Of a stretch of DNA of 56,853 nucleotides, positions 1 to 9,587 are shown piece after piece. The DNA is from Verrucomicrobiia bacterium. Lineage in GTDB: Bacteria; Verrucomicrobiota; Verrucomicrobiia; Limisphaerales; JAJOIW01. Position numbers and translations under genes: made by a program. The stretch's first letter is position 1. The number at the start of each line of letters is the position of its first letter. The DNA is taken from assembly GCA_030425355.1 (NCBI GenBank), contig JAUIAG010000002.1, positions 1 through 56,853 of the forward strand. The letters are read 5' to 3'. The notes under the pieces are model-generated. The model made no database searches. It was given only the letters and a program-made list of their open reading frames with translations, and was not told where the DNA came from.

Positions 1-104
1 TCACTGGTAAGCCAGAGGATGTTGGGACGATCAGCTGCTGTGAGGAAGCCGACAGCACCGGTGGTCAGTGAAAGAAAAAGCAGCCGAAACGCTGCTCCCC
101 TCAT
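1..104 (-). CDS. Sulfatase, N-terminal fragment (runs off window edge)
   Basis: Minus frame from the ATG at 104 reads MRGAAFRLLFLSLTTGAVGFLTAADRPNILWLTS. This is a signal peptide followed by the RPNIL-W-LTS opening typical of arylsulfatase-family proteins. The fragment is too short to appear in the ORF track. Confidence 0.5.
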   Translation of the reverse strand, partial: MRGAAFRLLFLSLTTGAVGFLTAADRPNILWLTS

Positions 105-254
105 CCATGGCATTCGGGTGCAGTGAGGGAAAATGGTTGATTTCATGGTGAGCACTGTACGGGACTGTGCGTTTTGAGGCGAGGAAATCATGACAGGTGT
201 GGACTTGATTGAGGGGATACCAGGGGAATATTTATCCGTGAAGTTCCGAAGACA

Positions 255-1388
255 TCAGCCGGGCCTGCGTGGTGTATGTGTGAGGCGGGCGACTGCCTCT
301 GCGGTGAGGCGGTCCATGCGCTCTGCTGCTGATGCCGCGATGTTCCTGTAATCCGGTATTCGACCGGCGACCGCCGCCACCATGGCAGCCATGCAGGCAG
401 CGTCCGTGATTGAAACGTATTCCTCGGCGATCCTGTCCCGGGGACCACAGTTGTGATAATTGCCGAGTGGAATGCACATGGCGGCTGAGGTGAGTCCATG
501 ATGCTGGAAGGCTGAGGCCTCACAGGCTCCCCCCGGCATCAGGGCCTTCTGAAAATCAAATTCTGCAACAGCGTCCTTCAGCTCCTCAGCCACTCGCGAA
601 AGGAAATAAACAGTGGCGCTGTCGAACTGCGAGATTCTGTCTCCGGAGCGGATGATGACTCCGCGGCCAATTTTGACAGGTGGCAGTTCCCGGCTGTTCT
701 CGAGACTGATCATGACGGCATTTTTCGGGAGTATGGACGAGGCGGCGCAGGCAAGGGCCCCGTGAAAGCCGACCTCCTCGGCGCGGGTGACCAGTCCGTA
801 TGCCGCAACGCCGGAATCTGCGCGGGCATGAATGACAAGTCCGGCAAGCAGCGAAGCCAGGCCCATGAGATCGTCACATGCACGGCCGCGAATACGGTCC
901 CCGCGCATTTCGAAGCCCTTCAGATTCCATACAGCGATCTCCGGCTTCGTCCCGTATCCTCCGGGGATATCCATTGAAAAAACCTTTTTTCCGGGAAGCT
1001 TTTCTCCGAGTGTCCCCTTGATATTCCCCGGGTGGGCAACAAGCGGAATTCCGGGTCTGAAATACCGGTCAGGGACACCACCGAGGAACCTGATTCTGAG
1101 CCGGTTTTTTCCGCGGTTACCGGAGAGGACTTCAAACCCCGGATGGTCCATGTGGGCCACAAAATAGAAAGGCCGGTCCGATGATTTCCGTGAGGAGCGC
1201 CGATTTCTGCCACTGCGGATATGAAAGTTTCCAAACTGGTCAGTGTCGCAGGGCAGCTCATGTTCACTGCAGATTGCGGTGACGACGGCGGCGACGCGAT
1301 CCTCGTGGTAGGCGACGGAAGGCTCATTCATGAGCCTTGCAGCAAACTCGGGAACAAGGGCGCGGGCTTCGGAAACAGTGTTCTTCAT
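255..1388 (-). CDS. M42-family metallopeptidase (glutamyl aminopeptidase / FrvX-like)
   Basis: Motifs AHMDHPGF, GRACDDLMG and TRAEEVGFHGA resemble the M42 metal-ligand blocks. The ATG at 1388 is preferred over the TTG at 1427. Confidence 0.6.
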   Translation of the reverse strand: MKNTVSEARALVPEFAARLMNEPSVAYHEDRVAAVVTAICSEHELPCDTDQFGNFHIRSGRNRRSSRKSSDRPFYFVAHMDHPGFEVLSGNRGKNRLRIRFLGGVPDRYFRPGIPLVAHPGNIKGTLGEKLPGKKVFSMDIPGGYGTKPEIAVWNLKGFEMRGDRIRGRACDDLMGLASLLAGLVIHARADSGVAAYGLVTRAEEVGFHGALACAASSILPKNAVMISLENSRELPPVKIGRGVIIRSGDRISQFDSATVYFLSRVAEELKDAVAEFDFQKALMPGGACEASAFQHHGLTSAAMCIPLGNYHNCGPRDRIAEEYVSITDAACMAAMVAAVAGRIPDYRNIAASAAERMDRLTAEAVARLTHTPRRPG

Positions 1389-1547
1389 CGGCAGGAATGT
1401 GTTGGGTCCTTGATTTGCGTTTGGCAAGTGACTTTCAGAATGACAGGAGGGCTGACAGGAGGATCAGGACCAGTGGATTTCCGTGCTGCATCAGGAAAGG
1501 AAAGTCAGATACAGTGGCCGGTTGCGGTGGAAGTCGGAAGAAGCGCA

Positions 1548-2789
1548 TTATCCGGTCACTAGAAATTCCATGGCCACGGCATCCGCGAAGCGAAGCCCTG
1601 TGGGAGTGAGAAAGAATCTCCCGTCCTTGTGACTCATCCACCCACAGGAAATGAAATTCCGGATCGGCTGTTCCCACTGGCTGGTGAGGTTGAAGCCGGT
1701 GCGCTGGCGGAATTGTTCCGCGTCCCAGCCATGGGCGGTACGGAAGCCGAACGCGGCAAGCTCGCCAGCCCTTGCCATGGGGCTGAGCTGTTCCTTCCAT
1801 TCCATCGCATTGCGGGTTGAGCCCATCAGTTCGGCGTAACGCCGGGTGTTGGCGACATTCTGATAGCGGATATCCCTGATGAATCCGTTGGCAGCGGGAC
1901 CGAGCCCGAGGTAGCTGCCACCATGCCAGTAATTCAGGTTATGCCGGCAGGCAAAGTCCGGAATCAGCGGGATGTCCATGGCGTCATCCGCGCGATCCCT
2001 GGCAAAATTGGCGACTTCGTACTGCCGGAATCCGCGTTCCCTGAGAAAATCTATCAGGTATTCGTACATGGCCTCTGCGAGTTCCTCATCCGCTTCGCTC
2101 AGTGTGCCGTCCTTAAGTGACTGGAAAAGCGGGGTATCCTCTTCGTATATGACTTCATAGCACGACAGATGCTCGCTGCCCATGTCCGCGATCTGCTGCA
2201 GGGACGAATTCCAGTGAGACATGGTCTGGCCGGGAATGGCGAACATCAGGTCGAGGTTGATGTTGTCAAAGCCGGCGTCGCGCAGCTGATCGAAGGATCG
2301 ATGCACCATTTCGACCGTATGAATCCGGCCCAGAGTCTCGAGCAGCTCGGGCTCCATGGACTGGACGCCCATGCTGATACGATTGACACCGTAGTCGCGG
2401 AACAACCTGATTTTTGCTGGATTCAGAGTGGCGGGGTTGCACTCGACAGTCCACTCCTCAGCTCCGGACCATCCGGCTTTTTCAATGGATTCAAAGATCC
2501 GCTTCAGGTGGACCGGAGGCAGGATGGACGGGGTGCCTCCGCCGAAGAATATGGTGCGCGGGCCGGCACTGGGCCCAGCGGCCTCAATCTCGGCGCATAG
2601 GGCCGTCACATAATCCTCGATGGTCTGACGATCCGGCTCTTTGGAATAAAAGGCACAGTAGTGGCATTTGACGGCACAGAAGGGCACGTGGATATAGATA
2701 CTCTGGATGCTTCTGTCGCATGGGGCGAAATCGAGCCATGGTGAGGCGGCGCGCCCGGAAACAGAAGCAGATGTCGTCATGGTGCTCAT
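1548..2789 (-). CDS. hemW: Radical SAM heme chaperone HemW / oxygen-independent coproporphyrinogen oxidase-like
   Basis: Carries the radical SAM motif IYIHVPFCAVKCHYCAF (CxxxCxxC) and a HemN/HemW-like body. The internal ATG at 2789 avoids overlap with the divergent nnr gene. Confidence 0.85.
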   Translation of the reverse strand: MSTMTTSASVSGRAASPWLDFAPCDRSIQSIYIHVPFCAVKCHYCAFYSKEPDRQTIEDYVTALCAEIEAAGPSAGPRTIFFGGGTPSILPPVHLKRIFESIEKAGWSGAEEWTVECNPATLNPAKIRLFRDYGVNRISMGVQSMEPELLETLGRIHTVEMVHRSFDQLRDAGFDNINLDLMFAIPGQTMSHWNSSLQQIADMGSEHLSCYEVIYEEDTPLFQSLKDGTLSEADEELAEAMYEYLIDFLRERGFRQYEVANFARDRADDAMDIPLIPDFACRHNLNYWHGGSYLGLGPAANGFIRDIRYQNVANTRRYAELMGSTRNAMEWKEQLSPMARAGELAAFGFRTAHGWDAEQFRQRTGFNLTSQWEQPIRNFISCGWMSHKDGRFFLTPTGLRFADAVAMEFLVTG

Positions 2790-2922
2790 GAGATAGGTTG
2801 GAATTCCCCGCAAATCCCCTCCAGCAAGCCTAGCTGCGGCTTGAGGGGGTGGCGAGCGGAAATGCAGGACGGCGGAGTCCCCGCTTTTCCTCCTGAGGCG
2901 TGTAGGATAAAATCCGGATATT

Positions 2923-4407
2923 ATGCCAGTGCCGGTTATATCAGTGAAGGAGATGCGGGAATGGGAATCCCGCACATGGGATTCGGGCATCCGGGAAAAG
3001 GATGTGATAGATCAGGTGGGAAGGCGGATTGCCGGATGGATTGGTGATCATATTCCGTCCGGCAGTCGCATTGTGCTGCTGGCGGGCAAGGGAAACAACG
3101 GGGCAGATGTGAGGGCTGCTTCCGAGGCACTTCCGGATGACATCTTCCAGGTCCTGACTCTGGAGGCCAGGGAACCGAAGGCTGCCATTCAAAGACTTGA
3201 GTCGCTGAGACAGACTCCGCCGGATCTGATCGTGGATGGATTATTCGGCATCGGCCTGAATGGCGGACTGAGCGGTGAATGGAAAAAGCTGGTTGAACTG
3301 ATCAACTGGTTTGAGGTGCCGGTGCTCAGTATAGACTGTCCTTCGGGTCTGAACACGGACAGCGGCGAAGTGGAGACAGAGGCTGTTCGCGCCACATGGA
3401 CGCTGACGATCGGAGCGGTCAAGGAAGGACTGGTCAGCCCGAAAGCGGCACCCTGGACCGGCCGGCTTCTCCTCGCCGCACACGTCGGGCTGCATCCCGA
3501 CGGCCCCAAATCACACTCAAAACTTTCATGGACCTGCAATGAGGACTTCGCGGAGCGGCCAGCTCACCACCATCGGGCCATTCAGGGCCACAAGGGCAAC
3601 TACGGTCATGCCCTGATTGTTGCCGGAAGCCCGGGATACAGTGGCGCGGCCGTTCTGGCCGCACGGGCGGCCCAGGTGACTCAACCGGGGCTTATCTCAG
3701 TTCTGACCGTCGGTGACTCATGGATCCCGGTGTCCTCCAATCTCCTTGCGCCAATGGTCCACCGATTCACCCCTCATATTCTGGATGAGGTGCGGACGAG
3801 GGCGACATCGATTCTCATTGGCCCGGGACTGGCAAGCCCGGAAGCGAGAAACTATGTCTACCCGGCACTGCAGGACATCTGGACACATGCGGACATCCCG
3901 GTGGTGGTCGATGCCTCGGCGCTGGACTGGATCCCCAGCGGCCCGGTGGAAACGGACTCACTTCGGGTCATCACGCCGCATCCCGGGGAAGCTGCACGAA
4001 TGCTTCACCGCTGCGGTGATACAGAATCGACGCCGAACGCAGACCGCCTACACACGGCTGAAAGCCTTTCATCGCTGTTTGGTTCAGCGACCGTGGTGTT
4101 GAAGGGAAACCAGACCCTGACCTTCTCGCCCGCTCACCAGCGCACCTTCATCAACCCGACAGGAAATCCACACCTTGCTCAAGGCGGGGCAGGAGATGCT
4201 CTCGCCGGGCTGATTGCCGGCGCACTGGCGCATCCGGCGACGCGGATGGACAGAGACCTTTCCCTGCACCAGATCCTGCGATCCGTATGGCTCCATGGGG
4301 CAGCCGCCGACTCACTGCAATTCGAATCACTGGCCTGGACCATTGACGATCTGCTGGAACAACTCAAGGTGCCACCCATTCAGCAGGTCATGGTCTCCCC
4401 GGACTGA
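2923..4407 (+). CDS. nnr: Bifunctional NAD(P)H-hydrate repair enzyme (epimerase + ADP-dependent dehydratase)
   Basis: YjeF N-terminal motif GKGNNGADV. C-terminal carbohydrate-kinase motifs HKGNYGHALIVAGSPGYSGAAVLAARAA and GGAGDALAG. Confidence 0.9.
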   Translation: MPVPVISVKEMREWESRTWDSGIREKDVIDQVGRRIAGWIGDHIPSGSRIVLLAGKGNNGADVRAASEALPDDIFQVLTLEAREPKAAIQRLESLRQTPPDLIVDGLFGIGLNGGLSGEWKKLVELINWFEVPVLSIDCPSGLNTDSGEVETEAVRATWTLTIGAVKEGLVSPKAAPWTGRLLLAAHVGLHPDGPKSHSKLSWTCNEDFAERPAHHHRAIQGHKGNYGHALIVAGSPGYSGAAVLAARAAQVTQPGLISVLTVGDSWIPVSSNLLAPMVHRFTPHILDEVRTRATSILIGPGLASPEARNYVYPALQDIWTHADIPVVVDASALDWIPSGPVETDSLRVITPHPGEAARMLHRCGDTESTPNADRLHTAESLSSLFGSATVVLKGNQTLTFSPAHQRTFINPTGNPHLAQGGAGDALAGLIAGALAHPATRMDRDLSLHQILRSVWLHGAAADSLQFESLAWTIDDLLEQLKVPPIQQVMVSPD

Positions 4408-4442
4408 GACTTTTATTCCGACAGGAACTACAATTTTAATCG

Positions 4443-5330
4443 ATGGAAAAAGGAATGCACAATTCCGGAGGGGACAGTCGGACAGTCCTTGTCGGGCTCA
4501 TGGCCAACATCCTCCTTGCCTGTATTAAACTGATTTCAGGGATCCTTGGCCATTCCTACGCACTGGTTGCGGATTCCGTGGAATCACTGGTGGATGTTCT
4601 CGGATCGATAGTGGTGTTCGGCGGTATCAAAATTGCCGAGAAGGATTCCAATGATCAGTTTCCATATGGTCTTGGAAAGGCAGAGGGTCTGGCGGCATTT
4701 GTCGTGGGGCTGATTGTCATCCTCGCGAGTATCGGCATTGCGGTTGAAGCCATCAGCGAGATCCTGCGCCCGCACCAGGCTCCGGAGCCGTGGACATTGA
4801 TTGTTCTGATTGGTGTCATAGTGACCAAGGAAATCCTCCATCTGCTGGCACGTCGGGCCTCGCGGAAATCCGGAAGCCTTGCCATGAGCGCTGACGCCTT
4901 TCATCACAGAGCTGACTCATTAACCTCGATGGCCGCGGCGATCGGGATTTCAGTAGCGATTTTCGGTGGCCCGGAATGGGCGGCAGCGGATGACTGGGCG
5001 GCTCTCTTCGCTTCAGCCATCATCCTCTATAACGGAATCTCCATCGCCAGAAGCGCCTCACTTCATCTTCTGGATACCAGCGCGGATTTGGAAACGATTG
5101 AATCCATCCGGGCCGCCGCTCATGGCGTTGATGGAGTCATCGATATAGAAAAACTTCTGGTGAGAGCCTCTGGAACAAAACTCTTTGTCGACATCCACGT
5201 CCACGCCGACCCTGAAATGACACTCGCCGCAGCGCACCGCCTTGGCGGTATCGTCAAGTCCGCCATACAGGCTTCCCGAAGCGATGTTTCAGGGGTCCTT
5301 GTCCATATGGAACCTGCTGGAGAAGAGTGA
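4443..5330 (+). CDS. Cation diffusion facilitator (CDF) family metal efflux transporter
   Basis: Six predicted TM segments, with ALVADSVESLVD and HHRADSL metal-site motifs and a C-terminal cytoplasmic domain. Confidence 0.85.
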   Translation: MEKGMHNSGGDSRTVLVGLMANILLACIKLISGILGHSYALVADSVESLVDVLGSIVVFGGIKIAEKDSNDQFPYGLGKAEGLAAFVVGLIVILASIGIAVEAISEILRPHQAPEPWTLIVLIGVIVTKEILHLLARRASRKSGSLAMSADAFHHRADSLTSMAAAIGISVAIFGGPEWAAADDWAALFASAIILYNGISIARSASLHLLDTSADLETIESIRAAAHGVDGVIDIEKLLVRASGTKLFVDIHVHADPEMTLAAAHRLGGIVKSAIQASRSDVSGVLVHMEPAGEE

Positions 5331-5338
5331 AAGGCACA

Positions 5339-6250
5339 TCAGGGGTTGCTCCCAGAATCAGGATAAAGACTGGATTCAGTTCGATAGGCAGTTATTTCAA
5401 TTGGACTGGTTTCGTCACTGAGGAGCGTGAACAGTTCAGGGTCCCGGAGGATTGACTGAATGGATGTCGGGCTGCCATCGAGGAGGCACGAATCAGCGAT
5501 AAGCCGGATGCCATGGCTGTAGTCGGCGTACCAGATGACATGCCCGGCATAGACTGGTTGGATCGGTCTGCCGCCAGGGAGATGCCATCCGTATATCACC
5601 ACACGATCCTTCCGGTCATGGATCATACCGGCAAGAACAACGTCCTTTTTGTGGCCGGCGATGATGGAACATGACTCCCGGTCAGGGCCCATGGCTTCCA
5701 TCTGTTGGTGAATGATCCGGTTGTGTTGCACGAAAACCGGAACGGTTGTCATTTGTGGACCTGGAGGAATTGGCTGCGGCTCAAGCTTGCAGGTAGAGGC
5801 CCTGTAGATTTCATCGACAATCACCCGTGTCGGCAGAGTGCAGCCCAAACGGTCAGCCAGTTTCTGGCCAAGAATGGGCGTCATGGGAACAAGCAGATAG
5901 TCTTCATCGGATCCAAGGCACATATAGTCAGGGGCCACTTTGATATTCACCACTCTCGCCACGCCGTTCTTATCGGTACGGTGAATCAGAATGGATCTGA
6001 AATCACGCAGAAACTCCGGGACATTGCCCCTGATGAATTCCTGGAAGAGACGCTGCTCCCTTTGTTGAAGGGGGAGGTCCTGAAGAACTCCGGACAGTTC
6101 AGCGCCGCCGGCAGCACCGGCTGGCCGGTCCGGAATGTCAAGGCGCCAGACCGGACTTTCCGATTGTGCTCCCGCTCCGGGGATGCCAAAGGCACCGACG
6201 ACAGCAGGCATCAGGAGCGCTATCAGTTTGTTTGTGAACCGTGTGAGCAT
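5339..6250 (-). CDS. Hypothetical exported protein
   Basis: 303 aa ORF with an N-terminal signal-like segment (LIALLMPAVVGAFGIPGAGAQ). No family recognised. Confidence 0.55.
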   Translation of the reverse strand: MLTRFTNKLIALLMPAVVGAFGIPGAGAQSESPVWRLDIPDRPAGAAGGAELSGVLQDLPLQQREQRLFQEFIRGNVPEFLRDFRSILIHRTDKNGVARVVNIKVAPDYMCLGSDEDYLLVPMTPILGQKLADRLGCTLPTRVIVDEIYRASTCKLEPQPIPPGPQMTTVPVFVQHNRIIHQQMEAMGPDRESCSIIAGHKKDVVLAGMIHDRKDRVVIYGWHLPGGRPIQPVYAGHVIWYADYSHGIRLIADSCLLDGSPTSIQSILRDPELFTLLSDETSPIEITAYRTESSLYPDSGSNP

Positions 6251-6808
6251 TTTCTGATTCTTCTCTCTCTACAATGGTATATCCATTCTAAAAACATCTT
6301 TCCAGAGGGGGAATGGCAGGAATGGGTGCGCTGAAGCAGATTCCTTCCAATTGCTGTCTGGGTTACCCGTACTATTCTGGCCTGAGTGGTGTTAATGGCC
6401 ATGGAACCAGCGGTGATGGATGTGACCCACAGACCGGCGAGGCACTCTGAAAATCCGGGCAGGTCAATTGGTTCTGTGGCCCTGTGATGACCACGCCCAG
6501 GCAGGAGGCACAAACCGACAAACAGACATCATCGAACCGGTTACAGGGCCAGGAACCACGGTATAGGAGAAACTGGGATCAAGACGACCACCTCCAGGCC
6601 CCATCCAGAGTAGGGTGAGGTTTTCAGAGATGGCGGGAAAACACTCATCTGAATCTCTTTTTAAGGCTGAGCGATTGAAAGGGGCATACGGGTGGCCCAA
6701 TCGTCATGTGGAATACAGCGAATCCGGTATGGAGGGAAGAGAGAAAGGCCCGCACCGCCATGAAGTCGGCACGGGCCATTTTGGGGACGGACAGTCCCGG
6801 ATGATGCC

Positions 6809-6828
6809 CAGGTGCCGTGTGGCACCTG
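6809..6828 (-). terminator. Perfect 8-bp hairpin downstream of the oxidase operon (possible terminator, no U-tract)
   Basis: CAGGTGCC-GTGT-GGCACCTG, about 30 nt after the stop of the last operon gene (6860). Confidence 0.35.
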
Positions 6829-6859
6829 TATAAGATGAAAAGGAATTTAAGATCCGTGA

Positions 6860-7087
6860 TCAGTCGTCGGAATCGGAAAGGCTGTGCTGCTTGCGCACCA
6901 TGGCAACTTCAGCGGCGTAGGTGTCATTGCGGACTTCCTTGAGAGCCATTCCCGAAAGGACCAGGCAAACAGCCCCCGGGATGTGGAACATGACGACCAG
7001 TTCCGGATGCCCCATGAGTCTCTTTACGCCGACACCGGCAAGGATCAGGAGCACAAACATGGAAAACCAGAAGGTGAATTTTTTCAT
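6860..7087 (-). CDS. Small two-TM membrane protein, last gene of the oxidase operon
   Basis: 75 aa with two hydrophobic helices. ATG start lies 38 nt after the upstream stop on the same strand. Confidence 0.5.
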   Translation of the reverse strand: MKKFTFWFSMFVLLILAGVGVKRLMGHPELVVMFHIPGAVCLVLSGMALKEVRNDTYAAEVAMVRKQHSLSDSDD

Positions 7088-7125
7088 AATCAGAATGGCA
7101 GAGGGTTGGAATGCGGGGAGGACTT

Positions 7126-8040
7126 TCAGTGAGTAGAGGAAGAGGATGCGAGTTTTTCAAGCTGTTGCCCGGACGGTTCATCGGTGGCGGACTTGCCGGC
7201 AAGGAATCGGGTCAGTGCGAAGTATAGCAACGCCACAATGACACAACCACCAACAAAGATCCCGAACTCACGTCCGAAGTTCAGATAATTGTATGGATTA
7301 AGTTCAAGGGTGGTGGATTCAAGTGCCATGCCTCTGCCATCGCTGTCGACAACGTGAATATCGAAAGATCCGGCGATGGGAATGTTGATTCGCCATTCGA
7401 TGAGACTGGCATCCCACCAGTATCCCTCGACACGAAATGGATCCACCGCAAGTGCCGCCTCTGTGCCCTTGTGAGGCCGGACTTCGAGCGAATGAGCCGA
7501 CTTAAAAAGTTCCGGCAGATCTGCATCAGGGTTCGAAGGGACGAATTCCAGGAAGTAGCTGACCTGAATAAGCGCCAGAGGCCGGGACGGGTTCCGGTAA
7601 AAGTTCAGAGTGCCCTCACTGAGCTCTTTGGACCAGCAGAGTTCCCCGCCCCTGTAATCGGGTGGCTCCGGGGATGCGCCGGCGGCGGCTGTTTTCTGAT
7701 CCGGGAAGGCTAGAGCCAGTCCGAGAATCGCCAGAATTCCCGCCACGAGGCTGAGTCCGGTTTTGCCACTCATGATGGACGGAGCGGCATCCGCCGTGAC
7801 TTCCGGTTCAACCTTTCTGTCCCCGTCGTGATGGTGATGTTTTCCGCCGTTGCCGCAGCCGGATTTGGCACAGTTGGAACATCCGCCACATCCACGGACC
7901 GGCAGGGGAGCAGGCTCTGTGGCAGGAGGCCTGACTGCTTGGGATTCAGCCCTGCGGCGACTCATTTTCACCGCGAGAGCAAAGGCGAGGATGCCGCAGA
8001 AAAGAGCGACGTGGAGGATGGTAACAAAAAGGTCAAACAT
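7126..8040 (-). CDS. Membrane protein with a Cys4/His4 cluster and a large extracytoplasmic domain
   Basis: 304 aa with an N-terminal TM. The loop reads RGCGGCSNCAKSGCGNGGKHHHHDGD. A second TM, a soluble domain of about 150 aa and a C-terminal TM follow. Confidence 0.65.
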   Translation of the reverse strand: MFDLFVTILHVALFCGILAFALAVKMSRRRAESQAVRPPATEPAPLPVRGCGGCSNCAKSGCGNGGKHHHHDGDRKVEPEVTADAAPSIMSGKTGLSLVAGILAILGLALAFPDQKTAAAGASPEPPDYRGGELCWSKELSEGTLNFYRNPSRPLALIQVSYFLEFVPSNPDADLPELFKSAHSLEVRPHKGTEAALAVDPFRVEGYWWDASLIEWRINIPIAGSFDIHVVDSDGRGMALESTTLELNPYNYLNFGREFGIFVGGCVIVALLYFALTRFLAGKSATDEPSGQQLEKLASSSSTH

Positions 8041-8087
8041 GTCGTGTAACTTTGAGCCTGACCGTGACCGGGGTCACGATTCGGGAT

Positions 8088-8684
8088 TTACATATGCAGC
8101 AGGTAGAGCCAGAGCAGTGATGTTGCCAGGCCGACCAGGAAAAAGGGCAGCGCCAGCTTCACCTTCGGACGGACTCTCCCATCGATCTGGAAGAGGAAAG
8201 CCGTGGTCGGCATCCTCAACCGGTAGACCATGAACGAGGTCCAGATTGCCGAGGATCCATAGCAGAGCAGGCTGCTTATGGCGGTCCATGAGAGCCCGTG
8301 ACTGAAACTCTGCCAGACCTCGAAGCCGACAGCGAGAGGCAGGTAACCCATTCCGAACCATGCAACCGCCACCGCGGCAAAGAAAGCGAACGGCTTGCGG
8401 TTTTTCTCATGAAAGAGAAACATGAACTGGAAATGGTACAGATACCAGAGCCCCAGCTCCATTCCCTCGAAGGAATGGTCCTCTTTGAGAATATAAAGGG
8501 CGACCGGGATAAGAAATTTGTGCAGAAGCACGTATATCCCGATGAAGAAGTTGAAGCCCACGAGGGCGCCAAACCGCTTCTTGCCCTTGAGTGTCGGGTA
8601 GTGGTGGACACCTTCAGGAAGCTCTTCGTGAAGGTGGTCCAGCCACTTCAAAGGTTTATCAAGTATTTTCAGTGATTTAACCAT
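8088..8684 (-). CDS. His-rich polytopic membrane protein, uncharacterised
   Basis: 198 aa from the ATG at 8684, which overlaps the upstream stop by 16 nt. About 5 TM segments and many conserved-looking His residues (HLH, HHYP, LLHK, FLFHEKN, SFSHG). Confidence 0.6.
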   Translation of the reverse strand: MVKSLKILDKPLKWLDHLHEELPEGVHHYPTLKGKKRFGALVGFNFFIGIYVLLHKFLIPVALYILKEDHSFEGMELGLWYLYHFQFMFLFHEKNRKPFAFFAAVAVAWFGMGYLPLAVGFEVWQSFSHGLSWTAISSLLCYGSSAIWTSFMVYRLRMPTTAFLFQIDGRVRPKVKLALPFFLVGLATSLLWLYLLHM

Positions 8685-8881
8685 TGTTGAAGGTTGGGAA
8701 GCCCGTACCTCATGAAGTAGTAGATGTAGAAGATGATATTCACCGTCCAGATCATGAAGAGGAACCATGGCATTTTGCCGTGCCCGGACTGCGGGGTGAT
8801 TTCCGCCTCCGGTTCAATATAAACTTCGTCTTCCAGGGACTGTGGTGAGGGTGTATCCGGTTGTTTTTCCATAATATTCAA
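8669..8881 (-). CDS. Small membrane protein resembling the N-terminal (FixP_N) segment of CcoP
   Basis: Acidic N-terminus followed by GKMPWFLFMIWTVNIIFYIYYFMRYGLP, similar to the P-x-WW...F...Y...Y-P helix of FixP_N. Start is TTG 8881 or ATG 8872. Confidence 0.5.
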   Translation of the reverse strand: MNIMEKQPDTPSPQSLEDEVYIEPEAEITPQSGHGKMPWFLFMIWTVNIIFYIYYFMRYGLPNLQQWLNH

Positions 8882-8972
8882 ACTGCAGAATTATTAGACA
8901 AATGATTCAGAAGCCACGCCACACGCCACACGGCCGTGAGTCGCGGGCGCGTGGCCTGATGGCCGTCAGAGT

Positions 8973-9221
8973 TCATGCCCTGTCGCCCGATGGCGAGTGT
9001 TCAGGGTCCATGTCTTCGAGTTCATTTTCCAGGATGGAGAACTTGACGGACTCACCGCTCCCGCCTTTCTTGCCGATGGACCACACGAAAAACGCGGCAG
9101 TCGCGAGGATCATGCTGGCGACAAAAAAACTGACAAAAAGAATCAGTATTTTTGAATCGATGCCACAGAAGAAGCAGCCGATCAGCGGTGCGGTGGAGGC
9201 GTGAATCAGAGTTGGAGTCAT
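8973..9221 (-). CDS. Small two-TM membrane protein
   Basis: 82 aa. AAGGAA lies upstream of the ATG, and the start is 15 nt after the upstream stop. Confidence 0.45.
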   Translation of the reverse strand: MTPTLIHASTAPLIGCFFCGIDSKILILFVSFFVASMILATAAFFVWSIGKKGGSGESVKFSILENELEDMDPEHSPSGDRA

Positions 9222-9236
9222 AGAGTGATATATTCC

Positions 9237-9548
9237 TTATTCCCTGGATGTTGTGGTGTGATTGTTGTCTTCCAGCTGGAAGATCTGCATTTTCGGGTCT
9301 TCGATTTCGCGGGCACCGCCGAGGTGTCCGGATATGAACGCCCATGCCATCACGCAGAGGAACGCGAAGCTGAGAATCATATAGATGAGCCCGGCGACGG
9401 TGATGATACTGGTGAGTGAGTCGTTCAGTACGGCGAAAACAGTCATACCGCAAAGGAAGACCATGGATGCGAGGAAGATCCAGAGGACCAGGTTATAGAA
9501 ACCACGGTCTGTTGAGGATTGTTGTGATGTGGTGTTGGCGCTGCTCAT
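9237..9548 (-). CDS. Small membrane protein (position analogous to CcoQ)
   Basis: 103 aa with three hydrophobic helices. AGAAAGG RBS lies about 9 nt before the ATG, and the start is 39 nt after the ccoO stop. Confidence 0.5.
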   Translation of the reverse strand: MSSANTTSQQSSTDRGFYNLVLWIFLASMVFLCGMTVFAVLNDSLTSIITVAGLIYMILSFAFLCVMAWAFISGHLGGAREIEDPKMQIFQLEDNNHTTTSRE

Positions 9549-9587
9549 GATGTACGTGCCTTTCTGTATTGATGTGTCGGAGACGGG

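Noticed and set aside
6313-6453. 46-codon plus-strand ORF MAGMGALKQIPSNCCLGYPYYSGLSGVNGHGTSGDGCDPQTGEAL (Cys-containing peptide)
   Set aside because: The purine-rich stretch abuts the ATG with about 1 nt spacing, which is too close for an RBS. There is no partner modification genes. It lies on the opposite strand to all neighbours. This is insufficient evidence.
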